From Botryllus schlosseri (Eukaryota), in assembly GCA_051294905.1 (NCBI GenBank), contig CM119371.1:39372001-39436000 (forward strand): a stretch of 64,000 nt of DNA. The letters run 5' to 3'. Below, piece by piece: positions 27,464 to 40,908 of this stretch. The first letter of the stretch is position 1. Every line of letters starts with the position of its first letter. The notes beneath the pieces are model-generated. The model did not search any database. It saw only the letters and a list, made by a program, of their open reading frames with translations, and had not been told where the DNA came from. The translations under genes were made by a program, and so were the position numbers.

Positions 27464-28912
27464 CACATACCTCAAACGAATTTGTAGTGTCTATCACATA
27501 AATTCATAACCTATCAATTCAACCGCATTGCAAAATCTTTGAATAAAAAATTTATTGGCCTGAATTGTTAATGCTCCCATACGATGAAACTTGGATTTTA
27601 AGTATTTATCATCTTGAAAACGGAAATATTGTTTCAAACAGGCAATGAATCTGTATTAGGAAACATGCTGATGATATATGTGTCGACGACTTGGTACAGA
27701 AACTGGCGTAGTCAATAATCCACAGCTGCAACATCATTGGATTGTGTGAAGATAATCGTGCATGTCGAATATTTGAGCGCTAGATTCGTATTTTATATAG
27801 CCTATATTATATTTAAAAAAAATTCTGACACTTCAGCAACTGCGCTTTCTGTTAATACGAAATGAGGTAATTTTATTTCTGATGCAAAGTGAAGCCAATA
27901 TATACTGTGACATATACTCCAATCGCACGGAAGGACAAACAACACTCGACCGGTGTTTTTATATCGCATAGAAATACGACGTAGTATATGACCGAGCTTA
28001 TGTCATGTAATGCAATATATCTAGGGAAGTCCAGATGGCATGTGATGGATCACTTAAGATCAACTAGGTTAATTAAATTCGCGATGGAGTACATGATTAC
28101 TGAAAATCCGTAATCTCATATCTGTAACTCAAACTCTGTGAAATGGTCGCAGGTCTGATAAACGTCTGTATATTCCAGGAAACTAACATCCCGGCGTCAT
28201 TACTCGAAATTGACAATAATTTGATGTGCATAGGCTTAGCGAATATTGATTCACATTCTTTGATTTAAAGATGGGATGCAGCTTGATCTTTTAGTGCATG
28301 AATGTTCAGTTTAAAGCCTAATCATGCTGAACCTGTTCATACACAGGGGCGTGTTCGTTGCGGGATTTACGCCTGCATGTTAATCTGTTGAGGTGGATAC
28401 AGCTAACTGATTGACAATCGACCAAAATAACCAGAAGTATGATCAGTAACCGAGCACTTTTATTTTTCTGAGTACTCGAGTAGGCTTCATCTATTTTCTG
28501 AATTGTTATGTTTTCAGATGATCTCAATTTCTACATACAAGTTTTTGACGCAGAATTACTTAATTATCACCCTATGACTTTCACGAACTAGAAAGTAATT
28601 GGTCTCTGTCAGTTTAGTTAGTCCAATAATCAAATCAATTAGTCTAGATTACACCTCTGTGATGGTTGTTAGAGTATTATTTCGAAAAAAAACTCTCCGA
28701 TTTGCATAGTCATCAGTCGTTTTTGGTTGCCGCGAAGATGCAACTTGCAATTTCGAGAGTAGCTCACCCCACTTGAATTGGGTTTACGATGTCTTATAAA
28801 TATTACCATGTACTACTTTAAATATTTCAAGTTTTTACTCCAACCTTGACGTGAGTGCAACAGCTGAAGCCGATGTCGACCTATGAACGAAAAGATTGAT
28901 AGCGATGCCTAC

Positions 28913-28996
28913 CTTTATCATTTTCTAATGCAGACATTTCACTTTTGTCTCCTCGAATATTCTTCAATGAATCGTTGCTTTGCGTTTGCCAGACGA
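28913..28996 (-). CDS. Putative 84-nt phase 1-1 linker exon of the NLR gene
   Basis: Acceptor cattttgtaacag|TC and donor AAAG|gtaggc. Open frame VWQTQSNDSLKNIRGDKSEMSALENDK, phase-compatible with neighbouring exons. Confidence 0.45.
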
Positions 28997-30199
28997 CTGT
29001 TACAAAATGATTCGATATGGAGCTGAAAATATTCTGTCTCGCACGGAAACTAAATGATGATTGGCACGAGAAACAGTGATGTAACATTCTATTTTCGCTA
29101 ATGGAATTTCCGTACTGCCCTGGGGCTAACAATCTCTAAAATAATACCCCCCTCTGAGGACGATTTTGTTAAGGAGACGAAAAAGTGCCGACTTTTACGA
29201 CAAGCAAAACCACACGAGCCAGTGGATACAGCCTATATGGAAACTACGGAAATGTAAAGCAATAACTTTGCAGATGATGTCTTGCGTCAGCTATAATTCA
29301 GGCGATTGGGAGCGGTGGAAGTAAACGTGGGCGGTATGGACTATGGGAAACTGTTTGAGAAAATCCGTAAATAAATGTTCTTCTTTGTGCACTCAAGTCA
29401 GATTTATGAATATGTGTTCACGTCGTTGGTGGTCGTACGTGTACGGTGTATTCAATCGAAAATCTCTAACAATGCTATTAAGGTTTTGTAACGAACCAAA
29501 CAATTTTTCAAACAACAAATAGTTTAATTATTCTGTGAGACTTGCGATCAGAACGAAGTACGATAATTTGGAAGAGAGTGTTTTCGAGTATTGAATAAAT
29601 TTAGAATTTGGCTTTGTGCAATATGTAAATCTTTTTGTAATACTGATACAAACGAAGATAGAACTTGACCATTATTTTTATCATTTTAACTACCATAATA
29701 ATTTTTCAAAAAGCTTAGGATCACATCTCCTAATTCTTCCGCAATGGTTGGCTTTCATAAGCGGAGATTGGTTCACCGAGTAATTGAATACATGATATCT
29801 CCAATACTCTCATATGGAATAAAGGCCAACCGAATAATAGTGAATATGCCCTCACTATTGGTTTGCGTCATTTTGATGCTGATTCGTTAGTAGACGGGTT
29901 AAATGCTATAATGTCGTGGTATGAACATTTCTTAGCAACTTTCCCATCTTTGTTGAAGTTCCGTAGAAGTCCCTTTTATCGATTGCAAAACGAGGAGAGT
30001 GCAACGATTGCATTTCACACTAAATCATATTAAATCATCAGAGTCTTGGAGTCTTGGGTGTTCAGTTGGACAAATAAATTTACTAACTGATAAACATATC
30101 TTGTCACAGCTTGTGTAGACATCGTAAACAGGGGTATGTTAGATCAATTAACTGACTTCCGACGCAAGCACAAGGAATTTATTAGGGTATGGTGTGAAC

Positions 30200-32950
30200 C
30201 AGACATGGGGTAATCGCGATTAGTAATCGTAATCGATTACGACGATTACAGCATTTTCAAGTAATCGTAATCGCAATCGATTACATTCGAGAAAATTCCG
30301 AAGTAATCGTAATCGTAATCGACTACTTCCCATATTTAATCGATTTCTTTGCAAAAGAACGATTACTTTTTATTTGAACAGGACTATGAGATAAACTGAA
30401 CATTCGTGAACAAGGAAAAGGTATTATACCAGTTAGTGATAGCACAAACGTCAGATTTTCAAATGCCAATGCTCATTATTACGTCAGAAAGGGACCATTA
30501 GCTTTGCTCGTCATTGCGTAAGAAGTATCCAGCTATCCATACATAGTGAATAGATATTCGATGTACATGTACATTTGTGTGATTGTAAGAACACTCACCG
30601 TACTGCATATCAGGTTATCAATACATTCCAGACGCCACTACCTCGCAGCAGGATAATTAACCACCACTCTGCCTAGTTTCAAATAGTAGCTTTTGTATTG
30701 ATGTTTGGTTATGCTTAGTTAAACGCGGTTTGACCGTTGCTGCTTGGCGAGCAGTAGGCCTATGTAGTACGAACGTACACCGGACAAAGGTTTGAAATTT
30801 TGTAGCCTACTCGTCAAATAAAACATTACGGTTTCCACGACGAAGCATTAAAATCAACAGCTGCTGATATATATCATAACCGAGCTGGTTCTCGTAATGG
30901 CCGCTTGCATTACATTATCTGTATTAAGTTGTAGGCAGAATTTTATGTTTACTTTCTCTTATTCTCATATGATTCTACTTGAAACGGGCGCTAATCGTTA
31001 TTTCACAATTCTTTACTCAACATTTGGGCCTGCCGCCATAGCCATCGGCTTATATACAATGTTAGCGTGGCAGGACAAACACAGCAAATCGTCCTCCACT
31101 CCAAACTTTGCTCTTGGGTCCCCATAGGGTAGTAAATTTTCAAGTTGAAGATTTAATTTCGTCAATAATATTGGTAATTTCATTATATTACTATTCATTT
31201 TTAATCCTCTCTCAGCCCCCGATGGTCTCTCTTTAGTGATTTTATTTCAAAGTGCATGATAAAGCATAATAACCAAAAGTAAGAAAAGAAGAAATATAGT
31301 GCGTGCCTATGTGAATCCTGGATGGCTGGACTTAAGATCTCAAGTCTTATACGCCTGCACCATTCTTTTTATATTTAAATGGTCCTTGGGTTTATAGTCT
31401 TTAGGGTGTTATTGGAGCGTGACGAAAATTGAACTCATATTTTCAGTCATATTTATATCTCAATAATTTTCCATGTTCTGGGTTTGTCCATTTTTAGAAA
31501 TTTGCCAATCATCGTAATTATGATATTTTCAATATTTATGTTCCCAATTACCTACCTTACATTTTAGTTTATGGTGACCCTGGTAATTTTCTCATTTCCA
31601 GGATGACGATATCTCCTATTGGGTGGTTTTGGTAGGGTGTGGTGTTGGTGGAGCCGCTGTTGGGGTATATGGGATGTGATATTTCCGGGGAGGAGTATTG
31701 GGGGGTAGTAAAACACACGAAATGGCAGTTTTATTTGCATATGGAAAAGGAAAAAAGGCGTAAAAATAAATATTCATATTGGTACATGTATATGGAATGA
31801 CTATACAATATGCATTGCATATATACGCGGGAAATTTGAGATATGCATGTAGTCATATTTCAGGATATTAACTAAATTTTGCGATCGCGTGTAAAACGGT
31901 TATTTGCGTCGCCTTTAGGCTTATCGCGTGTTGCCCAATTTCTTCGATATGCTGTTGGTTATGGCCCGTATTCGGTCACCCGTCTATGGTCAGACTTACT
32001 TGAAGAGCTGGAGGCACGTAATTCATAATTATAAAATCTTGTATCTTGTAATAATTAGTTACTTTGGGGTGTGTTGTTAATTGGTGACCTCCGGTCTGTT
32101 GTATAATCAAAAGATATTGTTGTGGCCCAAACGTAGCAGACTAAAAATACGTGCGTGAGACGCACACACTAATTGCCATGTCTTTAATGCTCTGTGGGTG
32201 CCCGGGTGGCATTTGCATTGTGGGCTCAGATTGGAAGGACCGGACTATTAGTCTATTACTATTACTATTACTATTATTGACAATGGACACATACCCCAAG
32301 TTTCGGCCTATGTCTTTCATTAGTAGCACACTTCGTGGATTCGCATGTTGGCCGAAACTGCAGATGTGTTTTGGTGTGACGTGGCGCGGTATTAACTGGC
32401 ACCTAAATGCCTATTACTACAAATTATGCATGCTTTTTTTCTTGGCGTATGTATTTCAAAATCAAGCTATCTAGTTGAGACATTTAAATCGCGATGCTCG
32501 TAGATAATTTTCAAGTTCATGAAATCTCTCGCAAATAGTCTATAATTTGTGTTGGTTTACGAAATACTTTTGAGTCCCCTTCGAGCTCGCTCCTCACCTT
32601 ATTAGGAAATTTGGGGTGCGACGGTTGTGGACCTGGCAAGAATGCAAATCGTTGGGTGCGATAAATCGTCCTCTATAAAATAGGCAATGGGTACTTTATG
32701 ACATAACAAGCAATTATCGCGTCTTTTTTTAAAGCAATCAGCGCAATCCATATATTGTCTTCCAATGTAACTTCTAAGATGCAAAATAAATGTAATCGTG
32801 AGTAATCGTGATTACTTTTACAATGTAATCGTAATCGTAATCGACTACTTCCTGATTTTGCTGTAATCGTAATCGTAATCGTAATCGCGTCATTCAGAAG
32901 TAATCGTAATCTCAATCGATTACATTCACGAAGTAATCACCCCATGTCTG
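30200..32950. mobile_element. 2.75-kb hAT-like element with (GTAATC)n subterminal arrays, inserted into the TIR of another MITE (about 30183-33514)
   Basis: cagacatgggg / ccccatgtctg; TSD gtgtgaac at 30192-30199 and 32951-32958. Confidence 0.85.
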
Positions 32951-33560
32951 GTGTGAACGTGAGGTTCAAGTTCGCGTTCTCTGTGTAACCTCAGAAATTT
33001 AGAGTTTCACGTTCGCAAACGAACCTTTCTAAGTTCTGCACTGTCTACCTTTCTCATAAATTACAATTTTGACTTCATTATAACATCTTTGGTTGAAATT
33101 TATTGCATTTCAACTGCGGGCCACTATATGCATGGTGCTGTCACTCCTGGCAGCATAAAAATCAACACTAGTAAACAGGCATGCACCTTGGTAATCCGAA
33201 ATTTTTATTTGTTCAGTTACAGAAGTTTGATCGAATAATGAGTGACTCTTTGCTGTAAGATTGCCATGCAATCACACAACATCAAGAACGGAATACACTA
33301 CAAGTATGACTAGTCAGCGAATGATGCTTATTCAACCAATCAATAATATTTGTGTAGAGATCTCATCGATGTGTGCTAAATATCAACATAGCAATACTCA
33401 GACGCCGATTACATTGTCAGGTTGGCATAGACCGTCAAAGAAGATTATTATATCTTTTGATTGCCCCAGTTGATACATTCGGCGACGTTTAAAACGACGT
33501 TCGTACCATCCCTAGTATATTTATTGGATTACTGGCGATGAGTAGAGATACGGTGTAGTT

Positions 33561-35123
33561 CAGGGGTCACCAACACGCGGGCCGCATGCGGCCCGCGAGG
33601 TCATATTTTGCGACCCGCGACCTGATTTTGAGAAATTTTGGTGTAACGCTTACTAAAGCATTTTGAAATGCTGATTGATTGAATTAAGTTTGAACATATT
33701 GTTGTTGGTGTTCACAGTAAGCCATTCTACTGTGCCCAATGTCACTATTCCTCGCAATCTGATACGGTTTCGGCATGGTAATATCATTCCATTGAGGAAG
33801 AATTTGCTGATATGAATGGGCATATTGCCTTGACGTGCAATGGCCCACCATTGCGGAGACTGGGGCACTTGAAAAACGATTTCAGGCTCTCCAAAAGACC
33901 ATGCTTTACGAGGAGATAGTTTTCCAGCTAGTAGCGCTACCGTGTCTAGCTAACCCCAATATCGATACTTTAATCCAGGGGTGGCCAATCTCCGGCATTA
34001 AGGAAAAGTACGCGGCCGTCGACACTTAATTCAATTAGGATGTGTTGGCGGCCGTCAATATGCAAATTGAACTTGCGAATTGACTCCCATATTAATGAAA
34101 GGTTTGAGCGATTCTTGAAATTTTCTTCGCGCTACGCGCAGTTTAATGCGTGTTAACTTTCGATTTTAATATAGTAGTGTCCTTTGTAATTTGAGTCCCA
34201 CAGTACAGATGCAAATAGCTGAGGAATGTGATGCATGCTCCCCATAATGAAATATAGTTTTTATTCGTGTTCTCCTCATCATGAATGAAATTTTTTCGGG
34301 TAGGCCTGCATTTAGGCGAATCAAATATAGGCTATATTTCCACTATACCGACAAATCTCATGGGAGGCCAAGAAATAACTGCATGCAACAAAGGGGAGTA
34401 ATAAGAATTGGCACACCCAAAGATGCAGCACAGCATTAATAACTTTCATAAGTTCTCCAATACATCCCCAGCATCAACTCTACCGGTGAATCTGATCACA
34501 TGGGCCGAGAAAGGATAAATATTTGATAGTAATATGTGTCAAACTTATGCTAATAATTATTGACAAAATTCACAAATGAAAATGAAAAAATTTTCGCGCT
34601 TGGCGCGACTACAGAACTAATCCCTATGGCTCTTCATAACATTACTACTCACAATTTCGGTGCGCATAGTAAACCGATATGAGTAAATAGATTACTCCGG
34701 AGTATACCGGCAATGGACATGGACAATTTAACGTGGGTATTTGGCCCCAGTTTGTTCATTATGCGGCCGCAAGCTACATGAGTAATCGAAATGCGGCCGT
34801 GAATAGCAAAAAGGTTGGTCACCCCTGTTATAGTTGCTACAGAGTGTTGTCAGGTATCGTGCGCAGCTCATAGTTCCAAATAGAATGAAATTGATGATCG
34901 TGAATTTTTTGTTGCATTTGCGTTTGCACAATAAAATATTATTTCTTTCGTGGTGACTATGCCCGTCGCCCATGTCAGAGAGCACAGAATTGTACTAACG
35001 CAGAGTTATGAAACGCGGTTGTTTGCGTTGCCCATTTGAATCTTGATATTGAAGTCTTGCGGCCCGCGGCCTCCGGGAATTTTGAAAAGTGGCCCGCGAC
35101 CCATTTTGAGTTGGCGACCCCTG
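33561..35123. mobile_element. hAT-like MITE with nested element (33976-34827)
   Basis: caggggtcaccaac / gttggcgacccctg; TSD gtgtagtt. Confidence 0.85.
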
Positions 35124-35978
35124 GTGTAGTTGATAATTATGCCAGACACACGAACGGGTGACTTTACGCTATTGTTATCATCCAACATTGTGTACATTTA
35201 GCAGAAGCTAGATAATATACCATTGTGTATTGCATCATGCTCGGACAAGATCACGCATTTGTCAGATTAGGCGACCCGTCGCCGCTGTTTTGGCTACTTC
35301 TTCTCAATATTGGAAACTTTCTATTTTAGGTTAAAGCTTCTGCATCCTTTTGCAGTCACATGCATCCTCCATTCGTTTCTGCACATCATGCTGCCAGGTT
35401 TTATATTGAAATGCCGGAATGGAAGGTTGTGGGGAATTTACGGTCTTGCGAATCCATTGGAAGCCTTTGACGGAAAATTCATGGGGGATTTGTAAACACT
35501 GTAACATGATTTCCTTCTTAACATTCCGTTCTGCTATATGTTATAGTTAAATTGTGAATCTAACCACATTATTTTTTCACACCGCAATTCACACAATATA
35601 TTCACGGCCAAATCGTCAAAAAGTGAATAACTAAGGCCTCGAGTTTGTCAACGGCCATACTTTTAATCGCGTGCTTAAACGCCACATTTTGAGTTCGACT
35701 CCACCCTTACATTGTCCCCAAATACCATAGCCCGCCAAATACAACTCGAAATAACACTGAGAGAGCAATAAACATGATGGTCAAATACGACGTGCGCTAC
35801 TTGAAAATATTGCACGCTACTAGGTTTGTCCACGTAGGGTACCAAAGTTTCAGAAACACTGCCTTACATGAAAAACATCAGCATGAATCTTGGTTTGTTG
35901 GAGTACTGATAAGCGAAAAACGAGATTTTCCACGAACTTCACGCGTTATCTCTACGGTTATCCTATACATGCGTTGAT

Positions 35979-36747
35979 GAGAGAGAGAGAGAGAGAGTCT
36001 TTATTTTCATCGAACCAAAATACATAACAAACGGCAGTGATGGTGGTACAAAAAATATGCGTGCACAGTATTCGGTATTAGATAGGAATGATCGATAAGA
36101 CCGTGAAGGTCATCTAGTCCGATCACACCAGCATCAAACAGGTACACTTGACTCAGAACAGTCTGGCTGTACAAAAATGTTTAGTTAGGAAACGAAAATA
36201 GAAAACAATTAAACAATGGTAGCAAATGATCAATGAAGCAATGTCTGGGCGAGGTAGGGCAACAGTGTTAGTGTAACGACAAGAGGTGATCAAGTAGGGC
36301 TTTTTTGAATCTATTATAAGGCAATTCACGGATATGTGATGGTAGTGCATTCTAGATGATAGGTCCCGAGTAGTCGATAGATCTCTTAGTTAGGTTGCTA
36401 TTGGGTTGGGGTAAGTAGACGTTTCCTTTAGACGAAGATCTCGTGTAATGGGAATGGACATGTTTAGCAGGTATGAAAAAGTCATCAAACACAGGAGGGA
36501 GACTATTGGAAAAATATTTGTGAACAACTTTTGATACTTCGAAGCGATACAGTACATCAACTCGCAAAATTCGATGCTTACGGTAGTAAGGCGATAAATT
36601 GGTACGTAAAGGTACAGATGAGATCAGCCGTATCGCACGGTTTGTTCGAATTCTGCACAAAAATGTTGTACATGCATTTCCCCATACTACTATTCCATAT
36701 TGCAGATGCGAGTGGAAAAGAGAGAAGTAGATGGTTCGTAGTACTGA
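35979..36747 (-). mobile_element. Second, shorter and frameshifted copy of LINE family A
   Basis: Nearly identical to 40909-41681, including the (GA)n tail, with small deletions. Confidence 0.88.
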
Positions 36748-37172
36748 GACTCACTGCTGCTAATCCATGCATCACCCCTGTATTCTTCTTATAATTTGCT
36801 CGGTATCTATTGTTACTTGTTGGGACTTAGGGCGGAGATAATAAAGTTCGCGGATCCGGGCGAATGCTAATCCTATGATTAAATACTTCTAATCGCGACG
36901 AGTAAAGTTGGAAAAGGTTACGCACGATGGTTGGTCGAGGTGTCCCGAGTTTTCAATCAAGTGGCGTTATCTGTTGCATCATAATGCGAAAACGCGTTAT
37001 AGGCTGGAAAGTGTAGATTTGTTGAATGAAACAGCAGCCTGCTGAAAATTATACTGCCACTGTAATAGGTAGAATTATCATCACCGCGAAATGAAAGTCG
37101 TGTCCAATTTGTACGGTACAGCTAAGAAACGGATTATAGAATATTGATATCGCTCTGCAATAGCGTGTACAA

Positions 37173-37792
37173 TAGGGCTGTTCAAAAATAACCTTTTTTC
37201 CTTAATCTTGCGGGTTACTTGATTAAATCGTTAGGTTGCCTTAAAAAATGACGCACACCGAATTTGAATTCATTCCAACCAATATTCGCGGATTTCGTAG
37301 AGTTTGAAAATTTTGAATTTGCCTAAAAATGAAAAAAAAAAATTTTTTCAAATTTTTCTGCCAACCCCATGAAATTGTTGCGCTGTCTTCAAAAACGATG
37401 CAAAACAAATTTGACTCAATTCGAAGCTGCAGAAGCCGAGTTATTCAAGTTTTTTGATGATAATTCTGGGATGATCCACCAATCAAGGATAATCCCAGAA
37501 TTATCAAAGAAAAACTGAAATAACTCCACTTCTACGGCTTCGAATTGAGTCAAATTTGTTTTGCATCGTTTTTGAAGACAGCGCAACAATTTCATGGGGT
37601 TGGCAGAAAAATTTGAAATTTTTTTTTTTTTTTCATTTTTAGGCAAATTCAAAATTTTCAAACTCTACGAAATCCGCGAATATTGGTTGGAATGAATTCA
37701 AATTTGGTGTGCGTCATTTTTTAAGGCAACCTAACGATTTAATCAAGTAACCCGCAAGATTCAGGAAAAAAGGTTATTTTTGAACAGCCCTA
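37173..37792. mobile_element. Fold-back (almost fully palindromic) MITE
   Basis: tagggctgttcaaaaataacc... arms are near-perfect reverse complements for about 250 bp; TSD gtgtacaa. A diverged half-copy lies at about 45452-45775. Confidence 0.9.
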
Positions 37793-38099
37793 GTGTACAA
37801 TGTACATACTTCGTTGATTGTTTAGTGAAGACATTACCTAGGAACAATCGGCACGGTCATTATCGGGAATAATTGTGCGTAGGACTGATTAGCAGTGTAC
37901 GCAGTTTTTATAGTTATTTATCCATAGTTTGTTCCGGCTTGCTAAATTATGAGATTAACACTGACATTTCTGCGCTGCGATCAACTGGTTTCCTTAATCC
38001 TGGGTTGATAAATTCGGACGACCGCGATAATCGACTTCATTGTTAATCCAACTTTATTATCTCCGATCTTCGAGTTGAATAAACGGTCACTACACAAAC

Positions 38100-38264
38100 C
38101 TTCGTGTACGTCACTGGCTTCTCCTTCCGTGCTGAGTATATCGCGAACAGCTTTGTTTTGGAGGATCTGATCTCCACACACGACGTTGACAATGCTCTTT
38201 ATGAAACTTTGATTCACATTGTCACCTTCAGCCAACGTTGCGGCTCCTAGTACATACGTGATTG
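38100..38264 (-). CDS. Putative upstream NLR exon (165 nt, phase 1-1) carrying a RHIM/amyloid-like motif, copy 1
   Basis: Acceptor cacataacag|CA at 38264 (in-frame alternative tag| at 38246) and donor GAAG|gtttgt at 38100. Encodes LAEGDNVNQSFIKSIVNVVCGDQILQ, which is 15/26 identical to the 24.8-kb exon motif. Confidence 0.6.
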
Positions 38265-38773
38265 CTGTTATGTGCGCAAGGATATGGAAGATAGCATAAT
38301 AACAAAATACGGTATAATGAAAACCTTTTCATCTCTTATTGGCCAATATTTAGTTATGGCTTGATTTGCATTCGAATCAATATTCAATGATTACACATTG
38401 CTAATATTAATATTGGTGGTGAGTATGCATTCCAATATGACGTGCATTACTAACCGCCTGTCTGGGCAGATATTGGTGCAGACATTGCATCGGACACAGC
38501 AGAGCTTCGATCTTGATCCTTTGCCGACATGGTATTAATCATGTGATACTAAATTACTAGCGTGTGATACAATACTGGAAATAAACGGATATGAAATACA
38601 GAATATCATGAATCTGTTCAACAGTTCGAGACGAAGAGTTCCGGTGCGTTGCACGAGTATATGATCCAATTCCTTGGCTAAAATCAGTTATATTCCAGTC
38701 CACGCCGCAGCAAGTTACACGCTAAATATACAATGAGTCGAATGGCAAAACACATTGATCTCAGTGAGATATA

Positions 38774-39733
38774 GGGGAGATGTGGTACCGATGGATCACT
38801 GGGACCGAAAATACTTTAAAAATTCTCCATGATAATTCCAAGAATACACTCCGTGATTTTGTCTACAAGTACATGCTGACAGAATCTTTCCTCACATGCA
38901 AAAAAATTCGACCTGGGTGAGTTATGGGGTCTGTGACGAATGATTTACGTTTTAGGGGGTGTAAAGTAAATTTGGATCGACATTTGCATTTTTCCATATC
39001 ACCGTTCAGACTAACAAACCCGCCATAATTTTTGATGTGAGGTATAGGACTTGTATCAGGGTATATAATGGCACATATTCTTTGAATCAATACCATCCTC
39101 GAGTGGACTATTTTCAAGTTAATTACAATATTTATGGGGTGGGGGACCTATGGTACCATAGCCAAATCAAGCAATATAGATGGTCCAACTAATCACTTAA
39201 CAACAGAAACTCGCCTACATATATATAGGCTGTAAATCATATTACCTGCGGTGTTTTATCGCTATTACGAGGTATTTGAAAGTCGAATGTCGATTTGCGG
39301 ATAATATGTATGTGGTATTAATTTTGTAAATTTAGACGTAAATCAAAACATGATATTATGCCAACATTTGAGTTGATATAATCTATTTTATTCTTGTAGG
39401 TCGCGACGAAACATTCTTCATTGACTTGCTGTAGCTTAGCTTATAGTACACAACAAAACAAGTTAACAAATTTGAGTTTTTGAGCGTATGTCTCATAGGT
39501 CCCAGGGTCGTGTGCCTTTGGACCCACCGGGTGGGGACCGATGACACGTTCGAGCAACAAATTTTAAACGTTTATAAATATTTTTTGAAAAGGCGGATAT
39601 TCATGTAAATGTCCGCGATAGGTAGAGCTCGTATCGAAGTGTTGAGCCGGCAAAAGATCTGTTATTCTCGGCTGAAGATTTAAGGGCCAGAGATCATTTT
39701 GTAATTTTTGATCCATCGGTACCACATCTCCCC
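38774..39733. mobile_element. MITE with TA target duplication
   Basis: ggggagatgtggtaccgatggatca / tgatccatcggtaccacatctcccc, flanked by TA on both sides. Confidence 0.82.
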
Positions 39734-40908
39734 TACGACAGATACAAGTCGGCTCAAGTCACCGATTGATATAATTTGTTTGTTTCCGTTGATTGTTCGA
39801 TACTAGTGGAAGCGGGTGGGTTGATATTGGTACATATTAACTAGTTCAAACATTGCAGCGTTGAATTCATGGCAATTGAGTATTCGGAACTTACAGCGGT
39901 GAAGTTGAAGATACGATTACTGTTGTTGTTGTAGTTGCTGTTGTATATGTCTGGTGAATGGTTCTTAACTACTATGGTCTTGTGCACAAGGCCACTTCGA
40001 AAATCCGTAAAATTAGCGTGATAGAGTGACAACTGACTATACGAATTCAATAGCAGAATTGTGTATGGACTCAATAATGGAGCCCATACTGTCATGTGTT
40101 ATGTATATCCTCCCTAGAAGGCATACACTTGGCACACTGGATTCGCATTCGGACGTCTCTTCTATCAATCACGTTCGGCACAGACGTTCCTTGTGGCTCA
40201 TTATATGGTAAAGATCAGAAATCAACGGGCAATGTTCCGATTTCAACCTCATTAAAATAGAGTATTTCAAATTCACAGTGCCTTCACGCACATGTGTGAT
40301 CCCAGTAGAATATTCTGACACGTTCCAGGTGACAGAATACAAGTTTGTTTGTTTGTAGTATTCATGATGTTTGTCGACTACTATGGTCATTTACACCAGG
40401 TCGATATTGTTCATTATTTTTCCGTAACTGCCGACTTATAGCACTCCCGACCTCTAGGCTCTTTGTAAGACACCGCTTACGCGGATGAGGTGGCGAGGAG
40501 GAACAGAATACACGTATCATCTCCAGTAGCTGCCATTGTCTGGGTACACCTTACACGACTGATGTTTGAAACGTCGCAATCATGGTTTGTATGCACTATG
40601 CAGTGGAGGTAGTGGAATATCATCGGCAGAGCTAGCCTGTCTGCAATAGCGGCTGTCATTATATCGTAATTATAGAATCGTTGCATCTATGTGTCCATAA
40701 ACATAGTGTTGGTATGTACATAAATCAATTGTTCTTATACAGTGTTCGATCCAATCGATGTTTCTATGCGAATCTGTTGCAAAGAATAAGCGATAATACT
40801 GATTTTTTGCTCGGACTAGGCTAATCCCGATCCCGACCATTCAATTAATTTACACGACTTCGTTCAACAGCCACTGGTCCGAGAAACGAGCGAACCTTGA
40901 AGTACGCG

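Noticed and set aside
27243..27497. Ser/Arg-rich ORFs (also 25691..25969 and 32673..32915)
   Set aside because: Translations of MITE subterminal short-repeat arrays.
35330..35499. Minus-strand Cys-containing frame CLQIPHEF...CDCKRMQKL after a ttacag acceptor
   Set aside because: Ends in a stop, has no compatible donor and no recognisable family; it cannot be supported as an NLR exon.
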